Assembly: GCA_017438975.1 (NCBI GenBank)
Contig: JAFRUH010000019.1
Coordinates: forward strand, 12,656 to 76,655
Origin: Bacteroidales bacterium
Lineage (GTDB): Bacteria; Bacteroidota; Bacteroidia; Bacteroidales; UBA932
Length of the DNA stretch: 64,000 bases
Direction of reading: 5' to 3'
In this document: piece after piece, positions 49,292 to 59,127 of the stretch
Position numbering within the stretch: position 1 is the stretch's first letter
How the letters are laid out: every line of letters starts with the position of its first letter
Program-made: the position numbers and the translations under genes
The notes under the pieces: model-generated
Databases searched by the model: none
Told to the model about the DNA's origin: nothing
What the model saw: only the letters and a program-made list of their open reading frames with translations

Positions 49292-50443
49292 TCAAATGTT
49301 GTTGGTATTGTTTAGCAACATCCCTAGCATTCCTTGCGCAAAAGGAAGGTACCCTAATTGTGCGGAATAAGAACCTATTGCCTTTGTATCTCCCTGGCAA
49401 AAATCAAGTTTGCCATTCCTCTGCGTCATTTTTTTTAATCTTACTAATAGCCTGTTAAGAGATTCTTGATACCGGCTATCTTTGGTAATATTGTAAGCTT
49501 CATTTATCAATAAACCGCACAAAACAGTTGAAGATCCTTCTGAAGGTCTTCCTTTAATAAAGAGTTGAGAGCCAAATCCACCATCATCATGCTGACATAA
49601 AAGAACATTATCAGCCAAACGAATAATTCTATTGCTGAATTCTAACTTAGATGGATCTTTTTTATCTGTTTCTTTATACAAACAAATCAAAGCAATGATG
49701 TACCATCCTAAACCTCTTCCCCAATCATATATTCCTAAAGGAGCCTTTAGAGAAATACTATATGCATGACTTGGAAATCCCCAATTAGCCAAACAATAAG
49801 AGTCATAATCAAAGAATACTCTCTTTGCTAATTGAGCAGCTTCTAAACATTCATATGCCACAGCATACTTCGCAAGAAAGGGGCAGACAAAACCAAGAGT
49901 ATCGACAAAACGAGTATCAAATTGTCCTTTTTTATATGGAATTGTATCGTTTACTCCTTTTAACTCCACGATATATGAAAATGTTTCATCCATTGATACT
50001 TTTACTGAAACTGGAGAAACATGGCATAGAACAGCATATGATAATAAACCAATCTCTACCGAATTAGGCTTCCGCCTCCAAGAGCCGTGGTCATTAAATA
50101 AAGAAGATAATAAACTATTGATAGAGTTCTCATCATTACAACCTAACAATAGCCCCGCCAACTGCCAATACTGAATATCGGAACTCCGATTCCTCTTGAA
50201 GATCCGGTCAAACAATAAAAGCCTATCTCTATCTTGCCGTTGAACGATCGGCACATGTAACAACCAATGATTAATAACTCTATCAACAGATTTCTTCCAT
50301 TCATCATCTGAAACCCATTGTCCAATATGTATTCTTGCAAACCACTTGGAAAATGCGATAAAAATATCATAAAGAATAATGATTATCGCAACTAAACCAA
50401 AAACAACAAAAAAATATACTAGAAAATTATTCATTGGAAACAA
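49292..50443 (-). CDS. GH88/GH105-like (alpha/alpha)6 protein with N-terminal TM anchor
   Basis: FVDTLG, WGRGLGWY, QHDDGGF, EGSST. Confidence 0.75.
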   Translation of the reverse strand: MFPMNNFLVYFFVVFGLVAIIIILYDIFIAFSKWFARIHIGQWVSDDEWKKSVDRVINHWLLHVPIVQRQDRDRLLLFDRIFKRNRSSDIQYWQLAGLLLGCNDENSINSLLSSLFNDHGSWRRKPNSVEIGLLSYAVLCHVSPVSVKVSMDETFSYIVELKGVNDTIPYKKGQFDTRFVDTLGFVCPFLAKYAVAYECLEAAQLAKRVFFDYDSYCLANWGFPSHAYSISLKAPLGIYDWGRGLGWYIIALICLYKETDKKDPSKLEFSNRIIRLADNVLLCQHDDGGFGSQLFIKGRPSEGSSTVLCGLLINEAYNITKDSRYQESLNRLLVRLKKMTQRNGKLDFCQGDTKAIGSYSAQLGYLPFAQGMLGMLLNNTNNI

Positions 50444-50520
50444 GAATAATTATCAATTCACAAGTCCAACGGATTTACTAGAATTCGGGAATCAAATAAA
50501 CCGTGACCAGGAGGAGAAAA

Positions 50521-51348
50521 CTAGTCAAAAATCTCAAGTTCAATTGAATGCCCTCCCCGCAGAGATTCAGAGGGCAAATCCCTCCAGCGTTCACCGAACT
50601 TCTGTACCAGATACTGCTCAGGATTGTTTGGGGCCAGTAACAGCAGACCTTCAAAAGGAATACGCCGAAGCGGAAAAACCACATCTTTTGTATGAATATC
50701 CTTGAAAGGGACTCCATAACTATAACTCAGTACCCCATTTGATCGATGCCACGACAATAAATGTGCAACAGGGATTAGCATTGTTTTTATTAAGAAACGA
50801 AATGGCCGTGCCATAAATGAGAGGTGATTCCAGAAGCCATTATTCTCGAAGAAAGGGTATAAGACGAAATGCTTGAACATCCATGTTATGGAATTTGAAA
50901 AACATTGAACATTACCTTCATCAATAGGAAAGATATCTATAGCAAGTCCCTTATAAATAAGACGATCCTGAATATAAGAAGAAGCATTATTCTTACTTTT
51001 CAAATCTCTAATCTTATCCCAAAACATGAGATACCATGGGTCGTTATCATGATTCTGAAGAATATAACCGGAATTCACATTCTTATCTAAAAGAATACGA
51101 TGTAGTTTTTCAGCATCTGCTCTCATCATGCAAACGTCGACATCATCATCCCACGGAATGAAACCTTCATGTCGAACTGCACCTAAAAGTGTTCCTGCAT
51201 CCATCCAATACTTAAGATTATTCTTTGTACAGATATCATCAAACCATTCTAACATCTCAACCATTCGGTATTGAGCAAGACGAAGAACAGAGCCCTCGGG
51301 ATTATACTGTTGATGCAGTAAGATATTTATTTCAGAATCTATCTTCAT
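50521..51348 (-). CDS. LicD family phosphotransferase
   Basis: AGTLLGAVRHEGFIPWDDDVD, IDIFPID, FGERWRDLP. Confidence 0.92.
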   Translation of the reverse strand: MKIDSEINILLHQQYNPEGSVLRLAQYRMVEMLEWFDDICTKNNLKYWMDAGTLLGAVRHEGFIPWDDDVDVCMMRADAEKLHRILLDKNVNSGYILQNHDNDPWYLMFWDKIRDLKSKNNASSYIQDRLIYKGLAIDIFPIDEGNVQCFSNSITWMFKHFVLYPFFENNGFWNHLSFMARPFRFLIKTMLIPVAHLLSWHRSNGVLSYSYGVPFKDIHTKDVVFPLRRIPFEGLLLLAPNNPEQYLVQKFGERWRDLPSESLRGGHSIELEIFD

Positions 51349-51350
51349 AT

Positions 51351-52493
51351 TTAGATAATAGATTTGATCGAACGTATAGCTTGCAGGTAAACTGGAATCA
51401 TAGAAACAAGATGATTCCTAATGATGCTTTCATTATCTGTCAACCATAGAAAATCATCTAACAATTGAGTTTCAGACATTATTGATTTGACCGAAATAAC
51501 ATAGTGTTTATCAGTGCCAAATAAATCAATCGCAATACCTCTTGCTTTGATAGAGTAACCTAATACTATCGTTGGAACCATAGTAGAATATGCTGCAATT
51601 GAAGCATGAGTACGAGCCGTAATCATATAACGGCAGTTTGATATTATACTTTTCAAACTTACAGCATTATTATCGGCAATATAGACGATTCGACTGTTTC
51701 CTTTATAATGATTATATATTTCATTTAGTGATTTGCGATCATCACTACTCCCCCAAACCACATGAGGAATAAGAGCTATTTGCATATCAGTATTATTCAA
51801 GACATAATCAATAAGCCTATAGTAATTATTTAATACTATTCCTTTGATTGTTTCATGTTTGATAATCATGGGACTAACATTAATTCCCAAAGTATTACCT
51901 TTAACGAATCCTTTAGGCAATGCGACATCACTTTTTTCCAGTAAGAAAGCAGGATCTGGGACAAGAGAAACATTCTGAAGTCCTCTTTGAATTAATGCCC
52001 GATATGTAAGACTCTCACGTGCATATATATGAGAATAGCGATGCAAATCTAACAGCATTTGATTATCAATAGCATCAGGCTCAATAGAACATCCCCAGAG
52101 AACTATAGGGACATGCATTTTGCTTAATTGCTCATTTATTAAATAAATATAATTCGGTTTTCCATAACAATAGTTATCACCACCAATTGATAATGCGACA
52201 TCACAAGTCTTTGCCGCCTCAAATACTGGACTAAAATGTAATAAATCTAGAGCATTATCCTTATTAAAGAACTGTCTCTGAAAAAAAGCGAGATAGAACT
52301 TTGGGTTTCTATGCGATAACTGGACTCTATCAGGAATACAATTTACTATTTTCCCTAAACCATAGCGAATATCCTCCTCTTGACAAGATGTCATTAAGGA
52401 AAACTCTCCTCCTAGAATAGTCTTCGTAGAGCGAACGATTGCCTCACACCCGTGATTACCACTACCCCCATGCGGATATAATAAAAACTTCAT
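51351..52493 (-). CDS. Polysaccharide pyruvyl transferase
   Basis: GSGNHGCEAI, IGGDNY, ARES, DPAF, RTHASI, YSIKA. Confidence 0.9.
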   Translation of the reverse strand: MKFLLYPHGGSGNHGCEAIVRSTKTILGGEFSLMTSCQEEDIRYGLGKIVNCIPDRVQLSHRNPKFYLAFFQRQFFNKDNALDLLHFSPVFEAAKTCDVALSIGGDNYCYGKPNYIYLINEQLSKMHVPIVLWGCSIEPDAIDNQMLLDLHRYSHIYARESLTYRALIQRGLQNVSLVPDPAFLLEKSDVALPKGFVKGNTLGINVSPMIIKHETIKGIVLNNYYRLIDYVLNNTDMQIALIPHVVWGSSDDRKSLNEIYNHYKGNSRIVYIADNNAVSLKSIISNCRYMITARTHASIAAYSTMVPTIVLGYSIKARGIAIDLFGTDKHYVISVKSIMSETQLLDDFLWLTDNESIIRNHLVSMIPVYLQAIRSIKSII

Positions 52494-53467
52494 TTCTCTA
52501 TAATTCTAAAATACAGATAAAAAAGCCACCACATTCTAAAATGTATTCCAAACTTTATCCATCTTGCACATGAAAAAACATAAGAATAAAGTGTTAGATC
52601 GGCTATTTCATCTATTTGAAGAATTCTTTTAATATAATCGGACGACTGGTTTTTCAATTTGGGGAACAAAAAGATCCCGTCAAATACTATTCCCCACAAA
52701 CGTTGAAAAAGGTATTCGTTCGACACTATACCAGATAATTTTTTTTGAGAATAGAAACTTCTCAAGAGTTTCCACTGGTAATAGTCAATGTCAAATCTAT
52801 CATCACGTATTTTCCCAGATAATGATTGAGGCCCGACAATTCGATAATGATAAAGAACAGTATCGATTGTCGTAATTGATGTAACATGGTTCAGATATGA
52901 GATATTGAACATCAAATCCTCTCCATAGGAACTTGTAATATCAAAACAGATCTTCCACTTACGTATTATTTCCCTTCTATACAACTTGACAACAGGGCCG
53001 AAAAGTAAGTAACTCCTATTCAAGTCAGTAAATAATTCAACAGTATCAGGTGATAGAATAAATGATGATCTATTACAAGAAAATAAAGTTTGATGGCCAT
53101 CTGAAAACTCCTGGGCTAAGCCACAAACTGATAAATCTGATTGGCGATCAGTCAATGCAAATAATAATTCCTTAAGATAATCTGGATCGACCCAATCATC
53201 ACTATCTATAAATGCTATATACTCACCACGAGCAACCTGAATTCCTTTGTTTCGAGCCGAAGATACACCCAAATTATCTTGATGAATAATAACAAAACGG
53301 GGATCTCTATGAGAATACTCTTTACAAATCTCAAGAGATTCATCATCAGATCCATCATCAACCAATATGCATTCAAAATCCTCATAGCTCTGAGAAATGA
53401 TAGAGTCTAAACAGTCTCGAAGAAATTGAGCAGCATTATAAATAGGTACTATTACTGATACGATCAT
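52490..53467 (-). CDS. Glycosyltransferase family 2
   Basis: SVIVPIYN, VDDGSDD, GVSSARNKG, FIDSDD. Confidence 0.92.
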   Translation of the reverse strand: MIVSVIVPIYNAAQFLRDCLDSIISQSYEDFECILVDDGSDDESLEICKEYSHRDPRFVIIHQDNLGVSSARNKGIQVARGEYIAFIDSDDWVDPDYLKELLFALTDRQSDLSVCGLAQEFSDGHQTLFSCNRSSFILSPDTVELFTDLNRSYLLFGPVVKLYRREIIRKWKICFDITSSYGEDLMFNISYLNHVTSITTIDTVLYHYRIVGPQSLSGKIRDDRFDIDYYQWKLLRSFYSQKKLSGIVSNEYLFQRLWGIVFDGIFLFPKLKNQSSDYIKRILQIDEIADLTLYSYVFSCARWIKFGIHFRMWWLFYLYFRIIEK

Positions 53468-54021
53468 ACTATATAACCAATACTATTCTCAAGTTCCTGT
53501 TTCATCCTCTCTTTTTTCTCCTCTGTAATAGAACTTATTAAATAATCCGATTCATATTTAATTCCTTCCTGCAACTGTCTTTTACGTTTTTGCATATAAT
53601 CTTCGTATGTGCATAGTACATGACATGGATTCCCTGCTGCTACCATGCCATCTGGAATTGAATGAGTAACAATAGAACCGGCTCCAATGATACAATCATT
53701 ACCTATTTTTACTCCAGGGAGAACGATAGATCCTGCCCCAATAAAAACATTATTTCCAATGGTTGTTTTTCTTATTACAGTATATCCAAGAGTATTTTTA
53801 GTACTAGCATCATGAGCGAGTATATGAACTCTAGGGGCTAGAGTAACTCGATCTCCTATTGATATTAACCAGGCATGACTAATATCCAATAAAACTCCAG
53901 ACTGTATATTACAATCTGCTCCAATCTTCATTCCTGAATCAATCGCTCGTTCTAAAACTGACCGATCATCTATTCCGGCCAACTTTCGAAGCCATTTAAT
54001 AAACTTATTAATGATAATCAT
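53464..54021 (-). CDS. Hexapeptide-repeat O-acetyltransferase
   Basis: IGDRV, HDAS, IGNNVFIGAGSIVLPGVKIG, AAGNP; ATGA overlap with the upstream stop. Confidence 0.9.
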   Translation of the reverse strand: MIIINKFIKWLRKLAGIDDRSVLERAIDSGMKIGADCNIQSGVLLDISHAWLISIGDRVTLAPRVHILAHDASTKNTLGYTVIRKTTIGNNVFIGAGSIVLPGVKIGNDCIIGAGSIVTHSIPDGMVAAGNPCHVLCTYEDYMQKRKRQLQEGIKYESDYLISSITEEKKERMKQELENSIGYIV

Positions 54022-55154
54022 AATATAGACTGAAACTTTGTGATGAGTTCCGATAGCTTTATCGAATCTCCTCTCCAAACTGCTTTCTTCCTCAATAACA
54101 ATAACTTGCCTCGATTTTGTAATAATTCCTCCAACCCTCGCTCTAAAGAATTGCTATCGTTATCGACAATCATTCCACATTCTCCTCCATTCAATAATTC
54201 GTTAACTCCCGAGCACTTTGTTGTTATCACTGGGACTCCCAGTATCATAGCTTCTGTTAATACGGTACTGTAACCTTCCGATCTTGAAGAGCAAATAAAT
54301 AGATCTGATTCTAATAAGTCGGGATATGGATTCTCAAGATAGCCAAGAAGATGAACATAGTCAGACATATTATGACTATCAATATAAGACTGCAAATTCC
54401 GTAATTGGGGACCTTCTCCAATGATAATTAAATCAAACTGGTAACCTTTTTCAAATAGATGTTTTGCAATGGGTAATAAACGATCATACCCTTTCTGCTC
54501 AACAAGCCTCCCTATACTGATTAATTTAATTCTTCTATGCCGAAAAACTGGATCTGCAGCTGTCGAGAGTTTCCTAATTGACTGATCATCAATTGGATTA
54601 TAAAGGACCATGAGACTATCGAGTTCACCATACACTTTAAGCATCGACTCTTTTACATTCTCGGAAACACATACAATACGATCGTATTTCTGATATGATT
54701 GCTTTTCTTCCTCATAACTCTTATATGCTACACTTGACCAATGATTACGATCCATATCAATGTGTACCCAGGCAATCTTGCGGCAAATAGATCTACAGCC
54801 ACTTACGATACGAGTCGCATACCCTTCAATAAATGCAATTACTGTATCATATCGTCCATGAACGAATAAAGAATAAAACAAAGCAGGAGATGCATGTTGA
54901 TACAGAAATAACTTTATTTTATTCTCTACTCTTATCAATAAATTCCCGATTCTCGATGTATTCCTACCTCTTGTGCTATTATAAATATACGAATAATTAA
55001 TCCCCTTCGGATATAGTTCATTCAGTTGATCCCTGACAACACTGCATAGAGTAACTTCATATCGGGATAGATCTATATTATTTAGAATTGTTTGAAGAAC
55101 TTTTTCTGCTCCTCCCCCATATAAACTATTGCTCAAAAAAAGAACTCTCTTCAT
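54018..55154 (-). CDS. Glycosyltransferase family 4-like
   Basis: GGGAEK, WVHID, GRLVEQKG, SSRSEG. Confidence 0.9.
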   Translation of the reverse strand: MKRVLFLSNSLYGGGAEKVLQTILNNIDLSRYEVTLCSVVRDQLNELYPKGINYSYIYNSTRGRNTSRIGNLLIRVENKIKLFLYQHASPALFYSLFVHGRYDTVIAFIEGYATRIVSGCRSICRKIAWVHIDMDRNHWSSVAYKSYEEEKQSYQKYDRIVCVSENVKESMLKVYGELDSLMVLYNPIDDQSIRKLSTAADPVFRHRRIKLISIGRLVEQKGYDRLLPIAKHLFEKGYQFDLIIIGEGPQLRNLQSYIDSHNMSDYVHLLGYLENPYPDLLESDLFICSSRSEGYSTVLTEAMILGVPVITTKCSGVNELLNGGECGMIVDNDSNSLERGLEELLQNRGKLLLLRKKAVWRGDSIKLSELITKFQSIL

Positions 55155-56278
55155 GATAATACAAACTCTATCAACTGCATAATCCTTTCAATAGAAAACT
55201 CTTTCCCCCTCTCTTCTGCTTTCTTCGAATAATACTCTAACTCATTCGAAGATAATAATTGCTTGATTCCTTCATACAATGCTTCTTCACTATTAGATGT
55301 TATAAGACCATATTGGCCGTCCTGTAATAACTCATTCATGCCGGAACAATTAGTCGTTATCACAGGAACTCCAAGAATTAGAGCTTCAGTCACAGCAGTA
55401 CTATATCCCTCACTTCTGGAGGAACAAATAAAAAGATCAGATACCTTAAGATATGGATAGGGATTAGGACAAAAGCCCATCAAACTGATATATTTTTGCA
55501 TGTTATTCTCCTCTATCATCCGATTTAGTTTTGAATGATCTGGACCTTCTCCTAAAATATTCAACACAAAATCATATCCCTCATCATGTAATCGTTTTAG
55601 TATTGGAATAAGTCGATCATATCCTTTTTGATGAACAAGCCTACCAATTGATATAAGATTGATATTACCTGTTAGAAAATGACTCCTCTCACAGTTCTTC
55701 CCACTTAGATTTAATATTTCGTCAGAATCAATCGGATTATATAAAACCCCAATGTTATCAAAACCCTTACAAAACTCACTCATTGAATCTTTAACAGATT
55801 TCGAAACACAAATAATTTTGTCGAATTTTTGATACGCCCTTATTTCTTCTTCGCGCGAATGGTAAACTAAATCTGTCCAATGGTTAATCATTAAATCAAT
55901 ATGGACCCATGCTATTTTTTTTGAATGGCGATTCGTGCTATGAGATAGCAATTTCGTAGAAAAACCTTCAATAAAAGCGACCTCAATATCATTCCGCTTT
56001 GGAACAAAAAGAAGGTATACCAGTTTCAATGGCAAAATATTATAAACCAGTTTATATTTAACCTTCCCAAACAGCGTATTCGTTTTATTAAGGATATATT
56101 TATAATTAACACAGGACTTTACCTCACATATATATTCTCCAGTATTTACAATACTACAGACTGTCACATTATATTTTTCCTGATTAATATTCCTCACTAA
56201 TGTTGTGAGTACTTTTTCTGCCCCACCTCCACTGAGTGATTCAATAATAAAAAGAACTTTCTTTTTGTTATAACTCAT
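55151..56278 (-). CDS. Glycosyltransferase family 4-like (paralogue of 54018-55154)
   Basis: GGGAEK, WVHID, GRLVHQKG, SSRSEG; start at MSYNKK. Confidence 0.9.
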   Translation of the reverse strand: MSYNKKKVLFIIESLSGGGAEKVLTTLVRNINQEKYNVTVCSIVNTGEYICEVKSCVNYKYILNKTNTLFGKVKYKLVYNILPLKLVYLLFVPKRNDIEVAFIEGFSTKLLSHSTNRHSKKIAWVHIDLMINHWTDLVYHSREEEIRAYQKFDKIICVSKSVKDSMSEFCKGFDNIGVLYNPIDSDEILNLSGKNCERSHFLTGNINLISIGRLVHQKGYDRLIPILKRLHDEGYDFVLNILGEGPDHSKLNRMIEENNMQKYISLMGFCPNPYPYLKVSDLFICSSRSEGYSTAVTEALILGVPVITTNCSGMNELLQDGQYGLITSNSEEALYEGIKQLLSSNELEYYSKKAEERGKEFSIERIMQLIEFVLS

Positions 56279-58655
56279 TGTCGAATTGATAAATAAATGT
56301 TCTATAATGCTCCTTAAAACTGGCCTTTTGTCCACACTTATTATCATGAAAATTCACTACCCGAGTTAAGTAATGAAACCCATAACGCTTTAAAACATCA
56401 TCATTGGAAGAGTGTCTCCAATCAGCAATACCAAAACCTGCCGTTTTGAAAGTATTACTAAGCACGTCACTATTTATATTATTGTAAATCACGACTCCAG
56501 CATCAGTCATATTGTCATAAAAAAACAACGTATAAACGCCAAAAAATAGCCGCCCTATTGATGTATTTGTTCGCGAAAAATGACAATGATTGATAACTAG
56601 GTCTTTAGCAAAACTATCTTCATAATTTATATGATAGTTCGTGGCTCCAACCATAAAAACAGGGATAACTGTACCACGATAGTTTTTCGAAATATTGCTT
56701 TTACTAAACGAACAATTCCTAATGGTATTATAATTACTGCCTCCGGAAATCCCTCCTCTATGATTATCATGAATTTGGCAATTCTCAATAATACAATGAC
56801 TAGATATCAGATCTGAAATAGTTGCACTATGCTGGATTCCCTCTTCTGGAACTACCTCATCGTACCACGACTGTATTTTAACGCCTGTTTCATTAGGCAA
56901 TAATGAGAAATAATCCAAATATGATGAATGAATGATTCTTAATGGTTGTTCTGTGGACTCTTTCTCATTAAAAGTCAGAATATCAATATTGTGGTAATTA
57001 TTGATAAGTCTCGTGTAACCAAGATTATTATTAATAGAAAACACTCTTTTTTCTGCAATTCTTTCAATAGTCTGGAGACCTTTTCTATAATGGTTTGTAA
57101 GTTTCAAATAATTGGAAATAGTACATCTCTCTTTATTCTCATTGTCTTTTACTATCTGACCTTCCTTTTCGACGAATTTTCCATATTGAGCTTTACCACT
57201 CCAGGTCATCACTGGTGTAGAATAGTTCGAGTCATAACTCCGATACCAATTCCCAAATTGAGAAACGGAGATTCCATCGGCCATAAAGCCGCTAAGATCA
57301 AGATGATGTATACGAATATTCTGACAATACGCAGACAAAGCAAACGCTCTGCTATTCTCAAGGTTCCTTTCTGCTCCTTCATCATAATCACGTAAAGCCC
57401 TATCACCGACCATCTTGGCATCATGAATCTGTAAATTTATGCAAGCAGCGATAAAGAAAAGCGTTCCGCCTTGAGCATAAGGCTTATCAAGATTGAGCGT
57501 ATAATACTTTGATTTCTTCTTACTATCTAAGATGAGATAATAAGTGGCGCCACCAAAATCAATATCGAATTTATCGAGGTCTTGAATCAGTACAATCGGC
57601 CCCTCCTGAGGTTTCTCATTTTTTGTCGTCCTCGGGGTGAAACAGTAGTCGTTCTTCGGAAATCTTATGCCGTCGTAGCCGTTGCGGTAGGCCCACTGGA
57701 TGGCTTCGGTGAAGCCGACGCCGTTCTGGTACATCAGGTCGTACTGGCGGTCGGTGTAGTGCCCGTCTGCACCCTTTTTCTGGTAGCCGGGAGTAATGCC
57801 AAACTTCTTCAGATCAACAACATAGACCTTCTTCGGAGCGGAGGTATCCCAGGGAAAGACCGGGTCTTCATGGACCCCCCAGAGATCGACGAGGGTCTCA
57901 TAATACTCGCCCGTGACCTTGACCTTGCTGATGCGCGTCTCTTTCGAAATTCCGTAGATCGGCGTCATCCGCGTCTGGCCCATCACGAGCGTCCCGTTCC
58001 GGAGCTCGCCGTTTTCGAGGTCCAGGACGGACCCGTACGGCATCGTGACGGCCTTGCCGGCAAGGTCGAAGGTGCCTTCGATGATGTACCTGCGGCACCG
58101 CTGATTCATCATCGCCTGGGTCAGGACCTTCCCGTTTCCGCCCTTCAGGACGACCCGCTCGAGTCCTGTGATATCCTTCGTCACCCCGAGGTCCGGACCG
58201 ACGCCCCTCGCAGAGGTCCGGGATACTCCGGTTGAGCTTTCTGAGCCCGGGACCGTTGTCCTGGGAGCCGGGACGGACATCCCGGAAGAATTCGCCGCCG
58301 CTCCCGAGGACCTCGTGGCAGTTCCCGCCGTTCCGGAGGTTGCAGCGCCTTGTGGGAGAGGCCTCGCAACTTTCCCGGAAGTGGTTCCCGTTCCGGAAGC
58401 CGTTCCCTTAGTGGAAGCCTTATTCATCGCCGACAGCTCCGCCAGGGATATCTCCTTCACCACCCCTGTCGAGTTCTGGTTCCCGGACTCGGCCCGGGGC
58501 TGGGTCTGCGCCTTTACCGTCTCCCCCGCCTCCTGCGCACTTCGCAGCGCCGCCCCCTGCCCGCAGGCGAGGACGAAAAGAGCCCCTGCGGCGCATACTG
58601 CGATGCGTCGTAGAAGAATGGATCCAACTTGAAAAATCAAAATGCTAAACCTCAA
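56268..58655 (-). CDS. Large probable lipoprotein with right-handed beta-helix (pectate-lyase-like) repeats
   Basis: VLAC lipobox-like site, S/T/G/A-rich linker, YDGIRFPKNDY, NLQIHD, FMADGI, IENCQIHDNHRGG. Start uncertain (TTG 58655 or 58640; no ATG). Confidence 0.7.
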   Translation of the reverse strand: MRFSILIFQVGSILLRRIAVCAAGALFVLACGQGAALRSAQEAGETVKAQTQPRAESGNQNSTGVVKEISLAELSAMNKASTKGTASGTGTTSGKVARPLPQGAATSGTAGTATRSSGAAANSSGMSVPAPRTTVPGSESSTGVSRTSARGVGPDLGVTKDITGLERVVLKGGNGKVLTQAMMNQRCRRYIIEGTFDLAGKAVTMPYGSVLDLENGELRNGTLVMGQTRMTPIYGISKETRISKVKVTGEYYETLVDLWGVHEDPVFPWDTSAPKKVYVVDLKKFGITPGYQKKGADGHYTDRQYDLMYQNGVGFTEAIQWAYRNGYDGIRFPKNDYCFTPRTTKNEKPQEGPIVLIQDLDKFDIDFGGATYYLILDSKKKSKYYTLNLDKPYAQGGTLFFIAACINLQIHDAKMVGDRALRDYDEGAERNLENSRAFALSAYCQNIRIHHLDLSGFMADGISVSQFGNWYRSYDSNYSTPVMTWSGKAQYGKFVEKEGQIVKDNENKERCTISNYLKLTNHYRKGLQTIERIAEKRVFSINNNLGYTRLINNYHNIDILTFNEKESTEQPLRIIHSSYLDYFSLLPNETGVKIQSWYDEVVPEEGIQHSATISDLISSHCIIENCQIHDNHRGGISGGSNYNTIRNCSFSKSNISKNYRGTVIPVFMVGATNYHINYEDSFAKDLVINHCHFSRTNTSIGRLFFGVYTLFFYDNMTDAGVVIYNNINSDVLSNTFKTAGFGIADWRHSSNDDVLKRYGFHYLTRVVNFHDNKCGQKASFKEHYRTFIYQFDNEL

Positions 58656-59127
58656 CGGCCTCGAGAAAATGCAATTCTCTCAGCGATGCTGTGCTATGGA
58701 AAGACAATTGGTCAAACAGCTTATATGCCTTCAACTGAATGATGGTCGCTTCCTCGGACAATTCTCCGTTCTCGTACATGTTGATGGTCAGATAGAGCCG
58801 GTCATTCGCGACCGGACCCATAACCAGGTTATAATCATGGTCCCGACGGAGTTTTCTGCATCCGACGATGAATTGAAGCCACTCCCGGTCCACTCCGTTG
58901 AACCGGCGAACTTTATATTTCGGGTTATCCAACAAGGACTCATCGAATTCAAAAACGGATACAACAGCCCGTTCCGACCCGCTTCGTTCTTTCCGGATAT
59001 GGGCCCATCGCTCGGCCTGTTCGAAACTGGTCGTAGCATAGAAACCCTTTCCGAAATCCGTGTTGGGACGTCCTCTTGAAATCAAGGGACGCCGAACTGC
59101 AACCGTGGAACCGTGATACAGTTTCAT
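58645..59127 (-). CDS. DUF3990 family protein (ADP-ribosyltransferase-like fold)
   Basis: LYHGS, DFGKGFY, A..WA, DLVMGPVANDR-like, QLSFHS. Confidence 0.82.
   Translation of the reverse strand: MKLYHGSTVAVRRPLISRGRPNTDFGKGFYATTSFEQAERWAHIRKERSGSERAVVSVFEFDESLLDNPKYKVRRFNGVDREWLQFIVGCRKLRRDHDYNLVMGPVANDRLYLTINMYENGELSEEATIIQLKAYKLFDQLSFHSTASLRELHFLEAVEV

Noticed and set aside
36235-51348. Phosphocholine decoration (lic operon)
   Set aside because: No choline kinase LicA, transporter LicB or LicC-type cytidylyltransferase; the transferase present is TagD-type.
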